Virus record (IMG/VR): IMGVR_UViG_3300022542_000148
DNA: 38,938 bases
Reading direction: 5' to 3' (one strand)
DNA from: a virus
Of this stretch, positions 22,936 to 32,273 are shown piece by piece. Every line of letters begins with the position of its first letter. Position 1 is the stretch's first letter. The notes beneath the pieces are model-generated. The model saw only the letters and a list, made by a program, of their open reading frames with translations. It ran no database searches and was not told the DNA's origin. Position numbers and translations under genes: made by a program.

Positions 22936-24304
22936 ATCAACTCACCCAAGCTATGACAAGAATGTAGTACGCTGGCAGCTCGTTAGGGATGTCATTAATA
23001 GCGACGTCAAGCAATATATAAAGGCAATAGACCCTACAGACGTGCTTAGGTCAGAGAGATATAGAGATGACGCTAGATTAACCAACTTCACTGCACGTAC
23101 GAAGAACGGGCTTGTGGGCGCGGTATTCAGCAAGGACATAGAGACAGACTTACCATTAACTATTGAATACTTAAACGTAGATGCTACAGGCAACAAGCTT
23201 AGCATCCAGAGCCTAGCTCAAGAGATTACAGGAGAGGTACTGCAAGCGGGTCGTTATGGCCTACTAGTGGACTTTCCAGCCTCTGAGGATGGCCTAACAG
23301 CTGCTGAAGTAGAGAACATGAATCTCAGAGCACGTATCAATAGGTACAAGGCTGAGAACATCATCAACTGGCAGAATACAATCATTAACGGACAACATAC
23401 ACTCACATTAGTAGTGTTAGAAGAGCATGTGAGCCGTATAGGCTTTGACGGCTTTACTTGGGAGTCTGTAGCACAGTTTAGAGTGCTTAGGCTTGTTAAC
23501 GGGGTATACGTACAACAACTGTTCGACGAAGAGAGTAACCTTATACATGAATACCAGCCTAGAGACTTTAGTGGGACATCTTGGGACTTCATTCCCTTCG
23601 TGTTCGTAGGCGCGGACAACAATGATTCAGAGATTGACCCCGCACCTCTATATGACTTATCTGAATTGAACATAGGCCATCTACGTAACAGTGCTGACTA
23701 CGAGGAATCTATTCACGTTACTGGTCAACCTACGTTGATCATCTCGACAGATATGTCAGCTGAGCAGTTCGCCGACGCTAACCCGAATGGGGTGCTAATA
23801 GGAGCTCGTAGAGGGCATAACCTAGGTGCAGGCGGTTCAGCTATGTTATTACAAGCTGACCCTAACCAACTCGCCGATGTCGCTATGCAGCGCAAAGAAG
23901 AGCAGGCGGTAATGGTAGGAGCTAGGTTGGTAATGCCGGCAGGCACTAACGAAACAGCCGAAGCCGCTCGTATTAAGCATAGCGGAGAGAATAGCGTACT
24001 ATCAACCATTACACACAATGTGAATGAGGGTTTATTGACATGCTTGGATTGGGTATTGAAGTTCATGACCAACGAGGAAGCTGGGGATGATTTAGTATTC
24101 CTAATTAACGATCAATTCTTCGATGTGACGTTAGACCCACAAATGATTATGGCACAACTACAACTATTCAACAACGGTATCATAGCAGCAGCAGATATAC
24201 GTGATACGTTACGTAAGACTGGTACTATCAAAGCTGATAGGACTGATGATGACATTGATGTAGAGGTGTTGGACATTAACCCAATAGATGGCGGAACTGA
24301 GTAA
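22922..24304 (+). CDS. Portal protein
   Basis: 460 aa, position after TerL and before the MuF-like gene. Confidence 0.75.
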   Translation: MSAVKSTHPSYDKNVVRWQLVRDVINSDVKQYIKAIDPTDVLRSERYRDDARLTNFTARTKNGLVGAVFSKDIETDLPLTIEYLNVDATGNKLSIQSLAQEITGEVLQAGRYGLLVDFPASEDGLTAAEVENMNLRARINRYKAENIINWQNTIINGQHTLTLVVLEEHVSRIGFDGFTWESVAQFRVLRLVNGVYVQQLFDEESNLIHEYQPRDFSGTSWDFIPFVFVGADNNDSEIDPAPLYDLSELNIGHLRNSADYEESIHVTGQPTLIISTDMSAEQFADANPNGVLIGARRGHNLGAGGSAMLLQADPNQLADVAMQRKEEQAVMVGARLVMPAGTNETAEAARIKHSGENSVLSTITHNVNEGLLTCLDWVLKFMTNEEAGDDLVFLINDQFFDVTLDPQMIMAQLQLFNNGIIAAADIRDTLRKTGTIKADRTDDDIDVEVLDINPIDGGTE

Positions 24305-25350
24305 TGGCTACGACCAGAACCTTCTTACAGAACGCCTCAACGAGGCATGCTATCTTCATAGGACGCTTTGCTGGCTCACAATTGAAAGAGATGTTACCTT
24401 TCATTGAGCGTATCAGACGTACTACGTTAGCTCGGTTATCTCAGGAGAATGTGACCGAGCTTAATAAGCGTAAGTTCACTGCTTTACTGAAAGAGCTAGA
24501 TGGAACGATGGCTGAGATATACGATAAGATGGGTAAGAAGCTGTCTAAGAATATGAAGGACTTTGCTGACTATGAGGCTGACTTCAGTGCCCGGATGTTT
24601 ACTAAAGCGACTAATACTGACTTCACTACGCCGGCATCGGCAACCATAGAGGCTGCTGTATTCAGTCGCCCAATAGAGTTCACTACAGGGACCGTAAGCA
24701 TAGAGGCGGCATTACGTGAGTTCAGTAAGAAGAAGCGTAAGCAGATGATTAACGTTATTAAGGATGGGGTAGTAGCAGGACGTACTAGCGATGAGATTAT
24801 TCGCGATGTTAACTTTGTCAATAAGAGGATACAACGTAACCATACAGCGGCTCTTGTACGTACGGTGACTAATCAGATTAGTACAGCAGCAAGACAAGTA
24901 ACATTGGATGATAATGAAGATATTATCGAAGGTGTTGAATGGGTATCTACCTTAGACGGTAGAACTACTCATACATGCCAAGCATTAGATGGTCAGAAGT
25001 TTCCTGAGAAGTCGGGACCTAGACCCCCAGTACATTGGGGCTGTAGGAGCACTGTGATACCTACTGTGAAGGAAGAGTTTAGCGTTAAAAAGGATATAGA
25101 TACTGAGAGGCCAGCAGTCGGGGACGACGGGGCTGAGACAGTCAAAGGTACTACAACATATAATAGCTGGCTTAAGAAGCAGCCATCAAGCTTTCAGGAT
25201 GAAGTATTAGGAGTAGATAAAGGGAAGTTATATAGAGAGGGTGGATTATCTGTTCGTCAATTCGTTGATAAGAACTTTGAACCACTTACATTAGAGCAGC
25301 TTAAACGTAAAGAGCCATTAGCCTTTGAACGGGCTGGACTCGACGATTAA
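24304..25350 (+). CDS. Head morphogenesis protein (Mu F / SPP1 gp7-like minor capsid protein)
   Basis: WVSTLDGRTTHTCQALDGQKF ... HWGCRSTVIP. Confidence 0.8.
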   Translation: MATTRTFLQNASTRHAIFIGRFAGSQLKEMLPFIERIRRTTLARLSQENVTELNKRKFTALLKELDGTMAEIYDKMGKKLSKNMKDFADYEADFSARMFTKATNTDFTTPASATIEAAVFSRPIEFTTGTVSIEAALREFSKKKRKQMINVIKDGVVAGRTSDEIIRDVNFVNKRIQRNHTAALVRTVTNQISTAARQVTLDDNEDIIEGVEWVSTLDGRTTHTCQALDGQKFPEKSGPRPPVHWGCRSTVIPTVKEEFSVKKDIDTERPAVGDDGAETVKGTTTYNSWLKKQPSSFQDEVLGVDKGKLYREGGLSVRQFVDKNFEPLTLEQLKRKEPLAFERAGLDD

Positions 25351-25392
25351 TAATCTGTGATTATTTAACATCAATCTTGTGGAGAGATGACA

Positions 25393-26049
25393 ATGAGTGA
25401 GCAACAAAACGAAGAAGTGAATATTGAAGATTTACAAAAGCAATTGGCAGATAAGGATACTATGTTGAAAGACATACAATCGCAATTCGACGCGGTTAAA
25501 GGGAAGGCGGACCAGTTGTTAGATGAAACAAAGAAAGCTAAGGCCGTAGCGCGCGAGAAGGCGGATGCTGCTGAGTTAGCTAATATGGAGAAGGCTAAGA
25601 AGAACGGAGACTTTGAGCAACTTCTCAAATCTTCCGAACAACAACGGAAGGACTTAGAGGATAGATTAACAGCATTGAATAGTAGGGTAGGTTCTGAGAG
25701 GACCCGCACAGAGTCCATGAAGCTGGCCGCAGAGTTAGCCGATGGAACGAATGCTGAATTATTAAGTGAATTCATCAGTAAACGTATTAAGTATACTGAT
25801 GACGGTATAAAGGTTTTAGATTCTAATGGTGACTTGACTGTGTCGAGTTTAGAGGACCTAAAGCGTGAGTTCGAATCCAATGATAGATTTAAATCATTGC
25901 TTCGAGGAAACAAATCAAGCGGGGGCGGTGCTTCCGGAGATGGAGGCGGTGCTTCCGGAAAAATGACAATTGAACGATCATCTTTCGATAAAATGGATAC
26001 TACACAACGTGCGGAATTCATGAAGAAAGGTGGAACCCTTACAGATTAA
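25393..26049 (+). CDS. Scaffolding protein
   Basis: Charged coiled-coil sequence directly upstream of the capsid gene; ATG 25393 is 8 nt after GGAG (ATG 25387 is an alternative). Confidence 0.7.
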   Translation: MSEQQNEEVNIEDLQKQLADKDTMLKDIQSQFDAVKGKADQLLDETKKAKAVAREKADAAELANMEKAKKNGDFEQLLKSSEQQRKDLEDRLTALNSRVGSERTRTESMKLAAELADGTNAELLSEFISKRIKYTDDGIKVLDSNGDLTVSSLEDLKREFESNDRFKSLLRGNKSSGGGASGDGGGASGKMTIERSSFDKMDTTQRAEFMKKGGTLTD

Positions 26050-26075
26050 TTTTACAAAAAAAAGGATATTAAATT

Positions 26076-27236
26076 ATGGCTAATACGCTAACTAATTTAA
26101 CCCCCGATTTATTTGCTGCATTAGATACTGTGTCGCGCGAACTTACAGGTTTCATTCCTGCTGTGTCTCGTGATAGTGGTATGGAACGTGCATCAAAAGA
26201 TCAAACGGTACGAAGCTTTGTTGCACCTGCATCAACTGCTTCTGATTTAACGGCTGGACAACTGCCAGCAGATAATGGCGATCAAACTATTGGTAATAAA
26301 ACTATTACTATTAGTAAAGTACGTTATGTGCCTGTTCGTTGGAACGGCGAAGAGCAGATGGGTATGAATACTGGCCCTGGGTACAATGCAATCTTACGAG
26401 ATCAATTTGCTCAAGCCATGCGTACTCTTACTAACGAAATCGAAGCTGATTTAGCTGGTTTGTATGTTAAAGCATCTCGTGCAGTTGTGCCATCAGGTAC
26501 TACGTTGTTTGATGCAGCTAACTACAATGATGTTGCTAACGTGCGCAGAATCTTAGTTGACAATGGCGCTCCTATCAGTGATATGCATCTTATTTTGAAT
26601 ACGACTGCTGGCGCTGCCCTTCGTGGTAATGCTCAGTATGCTGGTGCTAATACAGCTGGTCGTGAAGACATCCTACGACAGGGCGTCTTGTTAGATGTTC
26701 ATGGCATGTCTATTCGTGAGTCTGCGCAGGTTGTTACTCATACTAATGGTACTTATGACGGTGCTGCTGATTTCGATGCTGTTGAACCTATCGGCGAAAC
26801 TTCTTTATCTGTAGGCATTACTGGAACAGGTGGAGTACTTCCTGGTGACGTCATCCATAGTGATGCTGTCAGTAATGTTGGTATTTATTACGTTGTCTCT
26901 ACTGCTAATGCAGATGTTGATAGTGGTAATATTGATATCACTGCACCTGGCTTACTCGAAGCTACTGTTGGTACTGGTGAAACTGTTCTTTTGAATGCTT
27001 CACTCGACCGTAACATGGCTTTCAGCCGTAGCGCAATCCACTTGGTAACTCGTGCTCCTGCTCTACCTGCTGAAGGTGATAGCGCAGTTGATCGTATGGT
27101 TATCCAAGACCCACGTTCTGGACTTGCTTTTGAAGTTAGTAAGTACTTAGAACATCGTCAAGTTAAGTATGAAATTGCTGCTGCTTGGGGTTTTGAAATG
27201 ATTAAACCTGAGCATTGTGCTTTGTTGATTGACTAG
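26076..27236 (+). CDS. Major capsid protein
   Basis: 386 aa after the scaffold gene, followed by a strong terminator; AAGGA SD. Confidence 0.8.
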   Translation: MANTLTNLTPDLFAALDTVSRELTGFIPAVSRDSGMERASKDQTVRSFVAPASTASDLTAGQLPADNGDQTIGNKTITISKVRYVPVRWNGEEQMGMNTGPGYNAILRDQFAQAMRTLTNEIEADLAGLYVKASRAVVPSGTTLFDAANYNDVANVRRILVDNGAPISDMHLILNTTAGAALRGNAQYAGANTAGREDILRQGVLLDVHGMSIRESAQVVTHTNGTYDGAADFDAVEPIGETSLSVGITGTGGVLPGDVIHSDAVSNVGIYYVVSTANADVDSGNIDITAPGLLEATVGTGETVLLNASLDRNMAFSRSAIHLVTRAPALPAEGDSAVDRMVIQDPRSGLAFEVSKYLEHRQVKYEIAAAWGFEMIKPEHCALLID

Positions 27237-27244
27237 TCTTAACC

Positions 27245-27276
27245 ACTCCCCTGCATTGGTGGGGGAGTACTTTTTT
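27245..27276 (+). terminator. Rho-independent terminator after the capsid gene
   Basis: ACUCCCC-10 nt-GGGGAGU stem followed by ACUUUUUU. Confidence 0.8.
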
Positions 27277-27294
27277 AACTTTAGGAGTTAACCA

Positions 27295-28074
27295 ATGACT
27301 AGGTCCACGTATTTTGTAGATGTTGTTTCAGGTAATGCGCCTTCTGGGGCGAAAGTAGTACATAAGTTCGGCAGAAATGATGCCGTAGGTACTACTTTCG
27401 CTTCCGTGGCGATGGGCGGAATATGGAGAACACCTCAAGTTGCCGGCGCTACTACTCTTAGAGTGAAGGCGGGCGGAGACGTCGCCGACACAGCTGCTGG
27501 CGCAGGGGCTAGGTCTATTGTCTTAGAGGGAATAGATTCAACAGGCGCCTACGCTACTGAGACTTTAGTGACTGCTGGAGTCAGCGCTAGTGCGAGTACT
27601 TCTACTAGCTGGTTAAGAATATTCAGAGCGTACGTAGGGACTAGTGGAACCTATAGTGTTGTAGTTGCTAATTCACATGCGGATGTAATTACAATAGAGA
27701 ATACGGCAGGAACAGAGGATTGGGTTATAATAGATGCCAATGGTGTAGCAAGAGCGCAGAGTGAGATTGCTGCCTACACTGTACCTACAGGTAAGACGGC
27801 TTATTTAATGGATATCCACTACGCGGTAGATACTACTAAAACGACTGGTATTATTCTATTTCAAAGAGCTGGGATACTACGAGCTTCAGCCCCATATACT
27901 GCTGCTAGAGAATTACTTGTGTTGAGTGGAATAGCATCTTCAGGCACACAAACATTTGAAATACCTTTAGGGCCTTTCAAAGAACATACTGACATATGGG
28001 TAATGGCTAATGTATCAGCTACTACTAGTGAGATAGGTGTAGGTTTTGAGATACTACTTAAAGATAAAGAATAA
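27295..28074 (+). CDS. Virion structural protein of unknown role, paralogue 1 (259 aa)
   Basis: Aligns along its full length with 28084..28866 (HKFG.N.AV.TT, RTPQV.GAT.L..KAG, DTAAG.GA.S, VTAG, SAPY). Confidence 0.6.
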   Translation: MTRSTYFVDVVSGNAPSGAKVVHKFGRNDAVGTTFASVAMGGIWRTPQVAGATTLRVKAGGDVADTAAGAGARSIVLEGIDSTGAYATETLVTAGVSASASTSTSWLRIFRAYVGTSGTYSVVVANSHADVITIENTAGTEDWVIIDANGVARAQSEIAAYTVPTGKTAYLMDIHYAVDTTKTTGIILFQRAGILRASAPYTAARELLVLSGIASSGTQTFEIPLGPFKEHTDIWVMANVSATTSEIGVGFEILLKDKE

Positions 28075-28083
28075 GGAGACGGG

Positions 28084-28866
28084 ATGTCAGCATACCCACC
28101 ATACTATTTAGAAGCGTTGATGGGTAATACCCATTCAGGGGAATCTATAATTCATAAGTTCGGACAGAATAAAGCTGTCGATACTACGTTAGTACCTGTA
28201 TCAGAAGGAGGTATTTACAGAACGCCTCAAGTATCAGGAGCTACAAAACTAAGAATTAAGGCGGGTAACACAAACGACACCGCCGCAGGTTCGGGAGCAC
28301 AGTCGGTATACATCGAAGGTTTAGATGCCTCCGGAGACCCTATAAACGAAGTACTAGTTACAGCAGGCACGAGTGCTGGTGCAGATAGTGTCTATACATA
28401 TTTGAGACTAACTCGTGCCTACGTGTTGGACTCAGGAACATATGCTACAACAGGTGCAGGCTCTCATGCTGCAAACGTAGTAATAGAGAAAGCAGCAGGC
28501 TCAGAAGACTGGGCTACTATATCTTTAAATGGGTATCCAGATAGCCAAACTGAAATAGGTTGGTATACGATACCCAGAGGGAAAACAGGTTTCATAATCA
28601 CACTTGATTATAGTGTGGATTCAACAAAGATAACTACATTACAACTCGTTAAAAGGGCCGGCATACTAGATACATCTGCTCCTTATAAAGCGATGAGGAA
28701 AGTATTAGGTGTAGCTGCAATTATCAGAGATGGACAAAAAGAGTTTCACTCACCTTTAGGACCTATAGAAGAACTATCAGATGTAGGTTTCTTGGCTAAG
28801 ATAGCGTCAGCGCCTACCGCTGCGGTAGAAGTACATTTTGGAATACTATTAAGAGATAACGAATAA
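28084..28866 (+). CDS. Virion structural protein of unknown role, paralogue 2 (260 aa)
   Basis: Tandem paralogue of 27295..28074. Confidence 0.6.
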   Translation: MSAYPPYYLEALMGNTHSGESIIHKFGQNKAVDTTLVPVSEGGIYRTPQVSGATKLRIKAGNTNDTAAGSGAQSVYIEGLDASGDPINEVLVTAGTSAGADSVYTYLRLTRAYVLDSGTYATTGAGSHAANVVIEKAAGSEDWATISLNGYPDSQTEIGWYTIPRGKTGFIITLDYSVDSTKITTLQLVKRAGILDTSAPYKAMRKVLGVAAIIRDGQKEFHSPLGPIEELSDVGFLAKIASAPTAAVEVHFGILLRDNE

Positions 28867-28878
28867 GAGGAAATAACA

Positions 28879-29388
28879 ATGGCAGAAACATTCAACGGCA
28901 CAGTAAAGGTAATAGTAGATGCTCTATTAGAGGGCGGACTTGATATCGGTACTGGTCGACATAAAATAGATAGTAACTATTCCACCACACTGGCTAACGG
29001 TACAGGTGCGAATCAGGCTAATCAAATGTGGGCAGATACTCGCACCATCTCTGCATCGTCTAATGATGATTTAGATTTAGCTGGCGTATTAACTAATGCA
29101 TTTGGAGCAACACTTACATTCACATCGATCAAAGCTATTGTCGTAACTGCGGCCTCAGCTAATACAAATGATGTAATCATAGGCGGCTCAGCAACCAATC
29201 CTTTTGAGACTTTCCTAGGTGGAACTAGTCCTAGTGTGACTGTGGTTCCCGGAGGCAGTTTCGCGATTGTTAATCCAGAAGCAACTGGTTATGTAGTGAC
29301 TGCTGCTACAGGAGATATCCTAAGACTGACTAATTCCGCAGGCGGAACAACGGTTGATTATGATATAATCATCATCGGAGAAGAATAA
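28879..29388 (+). CDS. Hypothetical structural-module protein (169 aa)
   Basis: Operon context; GAGG SD. Confidence 0.65.
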   Translation: MAETFNGTVKVIVDALLEGGLDIGTGRHKIDSNYSTTLANGTGANQANQMWADTRTISASSNDDLDLAGVLTNAFGATLTFTSIKAIVVTAASANTNDVIIGGSATNPFETFLGGTSPSVTVVPGGSFAIVNPEATGYVVTAATGDILRLTNSAGGTTVDYDIIIIGEE

Positions 29389-29870
29389 TGGCGATAGTAG
29401 TAGAAGACGGAACAATAGTAGCTGGGGCTAATAGTTATGTCACCGAAGCAGAGCTTACGACTTATGCTACTGCGCGCGGAATTACTTTAACCACTGATAC
29501 AGAGCAGCTCTTAATACGAGCTATGGATTACGTTGAGAGCCTAGAGTATCAAGGACTCAAGCTTACGGAAGGCCAACCATTACAGTGGCCTCGGGCTGGA
29601 GTTGTAGTCGACGGTTACCTCATCGATACTGATGATATACCTGAGTTACTTAAGAATGGCGAGATGGAAACGGCTATGTCAATCGATAATGGCGAAGACC
29701 CGTTAGCTGATATAGGCCGAGTTAAGAACAAGGCAACGGTTGGCCCTATCTCAGTAGAGTATGCGGCAGGCCAGGCCACGACGATAGTACGTAAGATTAC
29801 AGCCCAGCTGAGGAAACTATTAGCTGGCGGCGGAAGTAATGGAACATCGTTCACTGTTAATAGGGGTTAG
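29388..29870 (+). CDS. Head-tail connector/adaptor (gp6-like, DnaT-like domain pattern)
   Basis: N-terminus VEDGTIVAGANSYVTEAELTTYATARG typical of adaptor proteins; position. Confidence 0.6.
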   Translation: MAIVVEDGTIVAGANSYVTEAELTTYATARGITLTTDTEQLLIRAMDYVESLEYQGLKLTEGQPLQWPRAGVVVDGYLIDTDDIPELLKNGEMETAMSIDNGEDPLADIGRVKNKATVGPISVEYAAGQATTIVRKITAQLRKLLAGGGSNGTSFTVNRG

Positions 29871-29872
29871 AT

Positions 29873-30232
29873 ATGAGTGCATTCAGCGACGAGATGGATG
29901 CTGTGGCTCTAGAACTCTTAACTGAGTTCGGAGAGGCTGTATCATTCACCAGGACCACAGAGGGAGCCTACAACACTGCTACAGGCGCGACAGCCGCAGG
30001 CAGTGACTCAGTGTTTACCGGGTTCGGGACTCCTATAGATTACGATGATAACGAGATAGATGGTACCGTCATCCAGCAAGGAGACGTCAGGTTATACACC
30101 AACGCGGTCTCTACGGCCCCCCTACCGGGCGATAAAGTCACGTTAGACTCTAGGGTATACCGGGTTATGAACACCAGGAAATACACCATCAACAGTGAGA
30201 ACGTGTTGTATGAGCTACAGATAAGGGTATAG
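29873..30232 (+). CDS. Head closure / head-tail joining protein
   Basis: 119 aa, GDVRLYT...GDKV...YRV pattern; position. Confidence 0.55.
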   Translation: MSAFSDEMDAVALELLTEFGEAVSFTRTTEGAYNTATGATAAGSDSVFTGFGTPIDYDDNEIDGTVIQQGDVRLYTNAVSTAPLPGDKVTLDSRVYRVMNTRKYTINSENVLYELQIRV

Positions 30233-30233
30233 T

Positions 30234-30680
30234 ATGGCAACATTCGATAGAGAGCTCAACGGAGCTATGAAGCAAATCAATACTGCTGTAGAGAAGGCTA
30301 TACGCGGGGCGGCCATAGAGCTGTTCTCAGAGATAGTAAAGCGTACCCCAGTAGGTAACCCTACCTTATGGGCAGGACCAGCTGCTGCTGGATACACTGG
30401 AGGCTCCCTGAGAGGGAATTGGCAGACCTCCTTACGGTCCCCGAACTATGGGGAATTAGCTGCTAAGGATGCAGCTGGTGGACAGGCTATAGCGAAAGGG
30501 GCCGGTAAGATTAAGAAATTCAAGTTAAAAGATAAGAGTATCTTCTTTACTAATAACTTACCGTATGCGGACCGTGTTGAGCATGGTTGGTCTAAACAAC
30601 GTCCAGAGGGGATGGTGAGGGTTACTGTAAAGCAGTTCAAACCCATCATAGAGAAGATAGCGAGGATTCATAAAGTATGA
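30234..30680 (+). CDS. HK97 gp10-like neck/tail completion protein
   Basis: NNLPYADRVEHGWS motif; position. Confidence 0.6.
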   Translation: MATFDRELNGAMKQINTAVEKAIRGAAIELFSEIVKRTPVGNPTLWAGPAAAGYTGGSLRGNWQTSLRSPNYGELAAKDAAGGQAIAKGAGKIKKFKLKDKSIFFTNNLPYADRVEHGWSKQRPEGMVRVTVKQFKPIIEKIARIHKV

Positions 30681-31081
30681 GCTTTTTTCAAGATGTGCAA
30701 GCCGCCCTAGACACAAGACTAGATGCACTGACAGGCGGCACCCCTATAGTTTGGGAGAATGTAGAATACACTCCCGTGCGAGGAACAGCTTACCTGAGAC
30801 CCACGTTATTGATGGCTCCCTCAGAGTTAATGGATTTAGATGACTTACAAATGAATTCAGGGATATATCAGATCGATGTATTCTATCCGCTAGGTAATGG
30901 TAATGGGGCAGCCCTAGCCAAAGCTGATGCGATATACGACCACTTCAAGGGAGATATAACATTAGTCTCTGGCGGGGTGACCGTACACGTAAAACAGATT
31001 AGTAGAAGGCCTACAGTGTCTAGAGAAGATGCTTGGCTTATGACTAGTGTAGAAGTAAATATAAAATTATATAACAATTAA
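30677..31081 (+). CDS. Tail terminator-like protein (DUF4128-like)
   Basis: 134 aa immediately upstream of the tail tube gene; ATGA overlap. Confidence 0.5.
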   Translation: MSFFQDVQAALDTRLDALTGGTPIVWENVEYTPVRGTAYLRPTLLMAPSELMDLDDLQMNSGIYQIDVFYPLGNGNGAALAKADAIYDHFKGDITLVSGGVTVHVKQISRRPTVSREDAWLMTSVEVNIKLYNN

Positions 31082-31095
31082 CAGGAGATAGCACA

Positions 31096-31506
31096 ATGGC
31101 AACAGCAATTGATGCACAAGGTACAACCTTTACAATTAACTCCCAGACAGTCGGTGGTATCTTATCATTCTCCGGCTTTGACGGGGAAGCGTCTGATATT
31201 GATATCACGACACTAGATAGTACAGCTAAAGAGTATAGACAAGGTCTACAAGACTTCGGTAACTTTACCATAGAATTAAATAGAGACCCAAATGATGCAG
31301 GACAAGATGAGATGCTGACACAGAAAGCAGCGCAGACTACGAGCACCTGCGTACTTACATTCCCAGATGATGTCGCCTTAAATGTAGCTACATTCACAGC
31401 TTATGTTAAAAGCGTCTCTACCTCTGGTGGAGTAGATGATGTGGCACGAGGCACAGCTAATCTTAAGATTACTGGTAGCGTCGTATGGTCTGATGAGACT
31501 CCGTAG
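31096..31506 (+). CDS. Major tail tube protein
   Basis: 136 aa upstream of the G/G-T chaperone pair; GGAG SD. Confidence 0.65.
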   Translation: MATAIDAQGTTFTINSQTVGGILSFSGFDGEASDIDITTLDSTAKEYRQGLQDFGNFTIELNRDPNDAGQDEMLTQKAAQTTSTCVLTFPDDVALNVATFTAYVKSVSTSGGVDDVARGTANLKITGSVVWSDETP

Positions 31507-31682
31507 TGGTAGATAAAATACCTATCAAAGTCGTGGCGAGCAGAGAGACTCGTCGCGCACGAATTTCTGAGTGTATACAGTGTCCGTCTAGCAAACTACA
31601 GATTCTGTGTACTGAGTGTGGATGCTATCTCCCAACGAAGATAGCGCTCACGAGAAGTAAATGTCCGTTAAACAAGTGGTGA
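31506..31682 (+). CDS. Possible Cys-rich zinc-ribbon protein (58 aa, GTG start)
   Basis: Open frame fills the tube-chaperone gap; ECIQCP...CTECGC...KCP; no ATG and weak SD. Confidence 0.3.
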   Translation: MVDKIPIKVVASRETRRARISECIQCPSSKLQILCTECGCYLPTKIALTRSKCPLNKW

Positions 31683-31689
31683 GGTTGAT

Positions 31690-32040
31690 ATGGCTATTCT
31701 AAGTAAAGATGAAATTCTTAAACAAGATGATGTAAAAACAAAACAGATTGAAGTACCTGAATGGGGTGGAGATGTTATCATCTCTACTATGTCCGGGTTC
31801 GCTAGAGATAGATTCGAGACATCTATCTTAGGTAAGAACGGAAGCATGAACACTGCTAACATTCGTGCCAAACTAGTAGCGTCCTGCTTAGTGGATGACA
31901 AAGGTAATCTATTATTCACAGAGAGTGATATTGTGAAATTAGGTAAGAAATCATGTACAGCGTTAGATAGAATCTTTGAGGAAGCACAAAAATTAAATCA
32001 TATAGGTGAGAACGAGATTGACGAATTAGCAAAAAACTAA
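31690..32040 (+). CDS. Tail assembly chaperone (G-like)
   Basis: 116 aa acidic protein before the tape measure; ends at the slippery site. Confidence 0.75.
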   Translation: MAILSKDEILKQDDVKTKQIEVPEWGGDVIISTMSGFARDRFETSILGKNGSMNTANIRAKLVASCLVDDKGNLLFTESDIVKLGKKSCTALDRIFEEAQKLNHIGENEIDELAKN

Positions 32041-32273
32041 TGGGCCATCCATTTAGGCGGTACTGCTTCTATCTAGCTGAGAAGTTAGGTAAGCATGTAC
32101 ATGAGATCATGCAAATAAGTAGTGCCGAGATTTGTGAATGGATGGCGTATGATTTATCACATGATGAAAAGTGGTGCGATAAATTCAAAAAAGAAGAAGA
32201 ATTAGAAAGACAAAGAAGTATGTCCAACGAAGAACGGGCAAAACTTTTGAAACGATTATTGGGCGGTGGATGA
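31690..32273 (+). CDS. Tail assembly chaperone G-T fusion by programmed -1 frameshift
   Basis: Zero-frame heptamer A_AAA_AAC at 32031-32037, just before the TAA stop; the -1 frame is open from 32022 to 32273. Confidence 0.6.
32031..32037 (+). promoter_or_regulatory. -1 ribosomal frameshift slippery heptamer A AAA AAC
   Basis: X XXY YYZ pattern in the G frame, canonical position for G/G-T. Confidence 0.6.

Noticed and set aside
25371-26021. 216-aa minus-strand ORF
   Set aside because: It is antisense to the scaffold gene, has a low-complexity Ser/Ala/Phe composition and no SD, and would break the unidirectional late operon.
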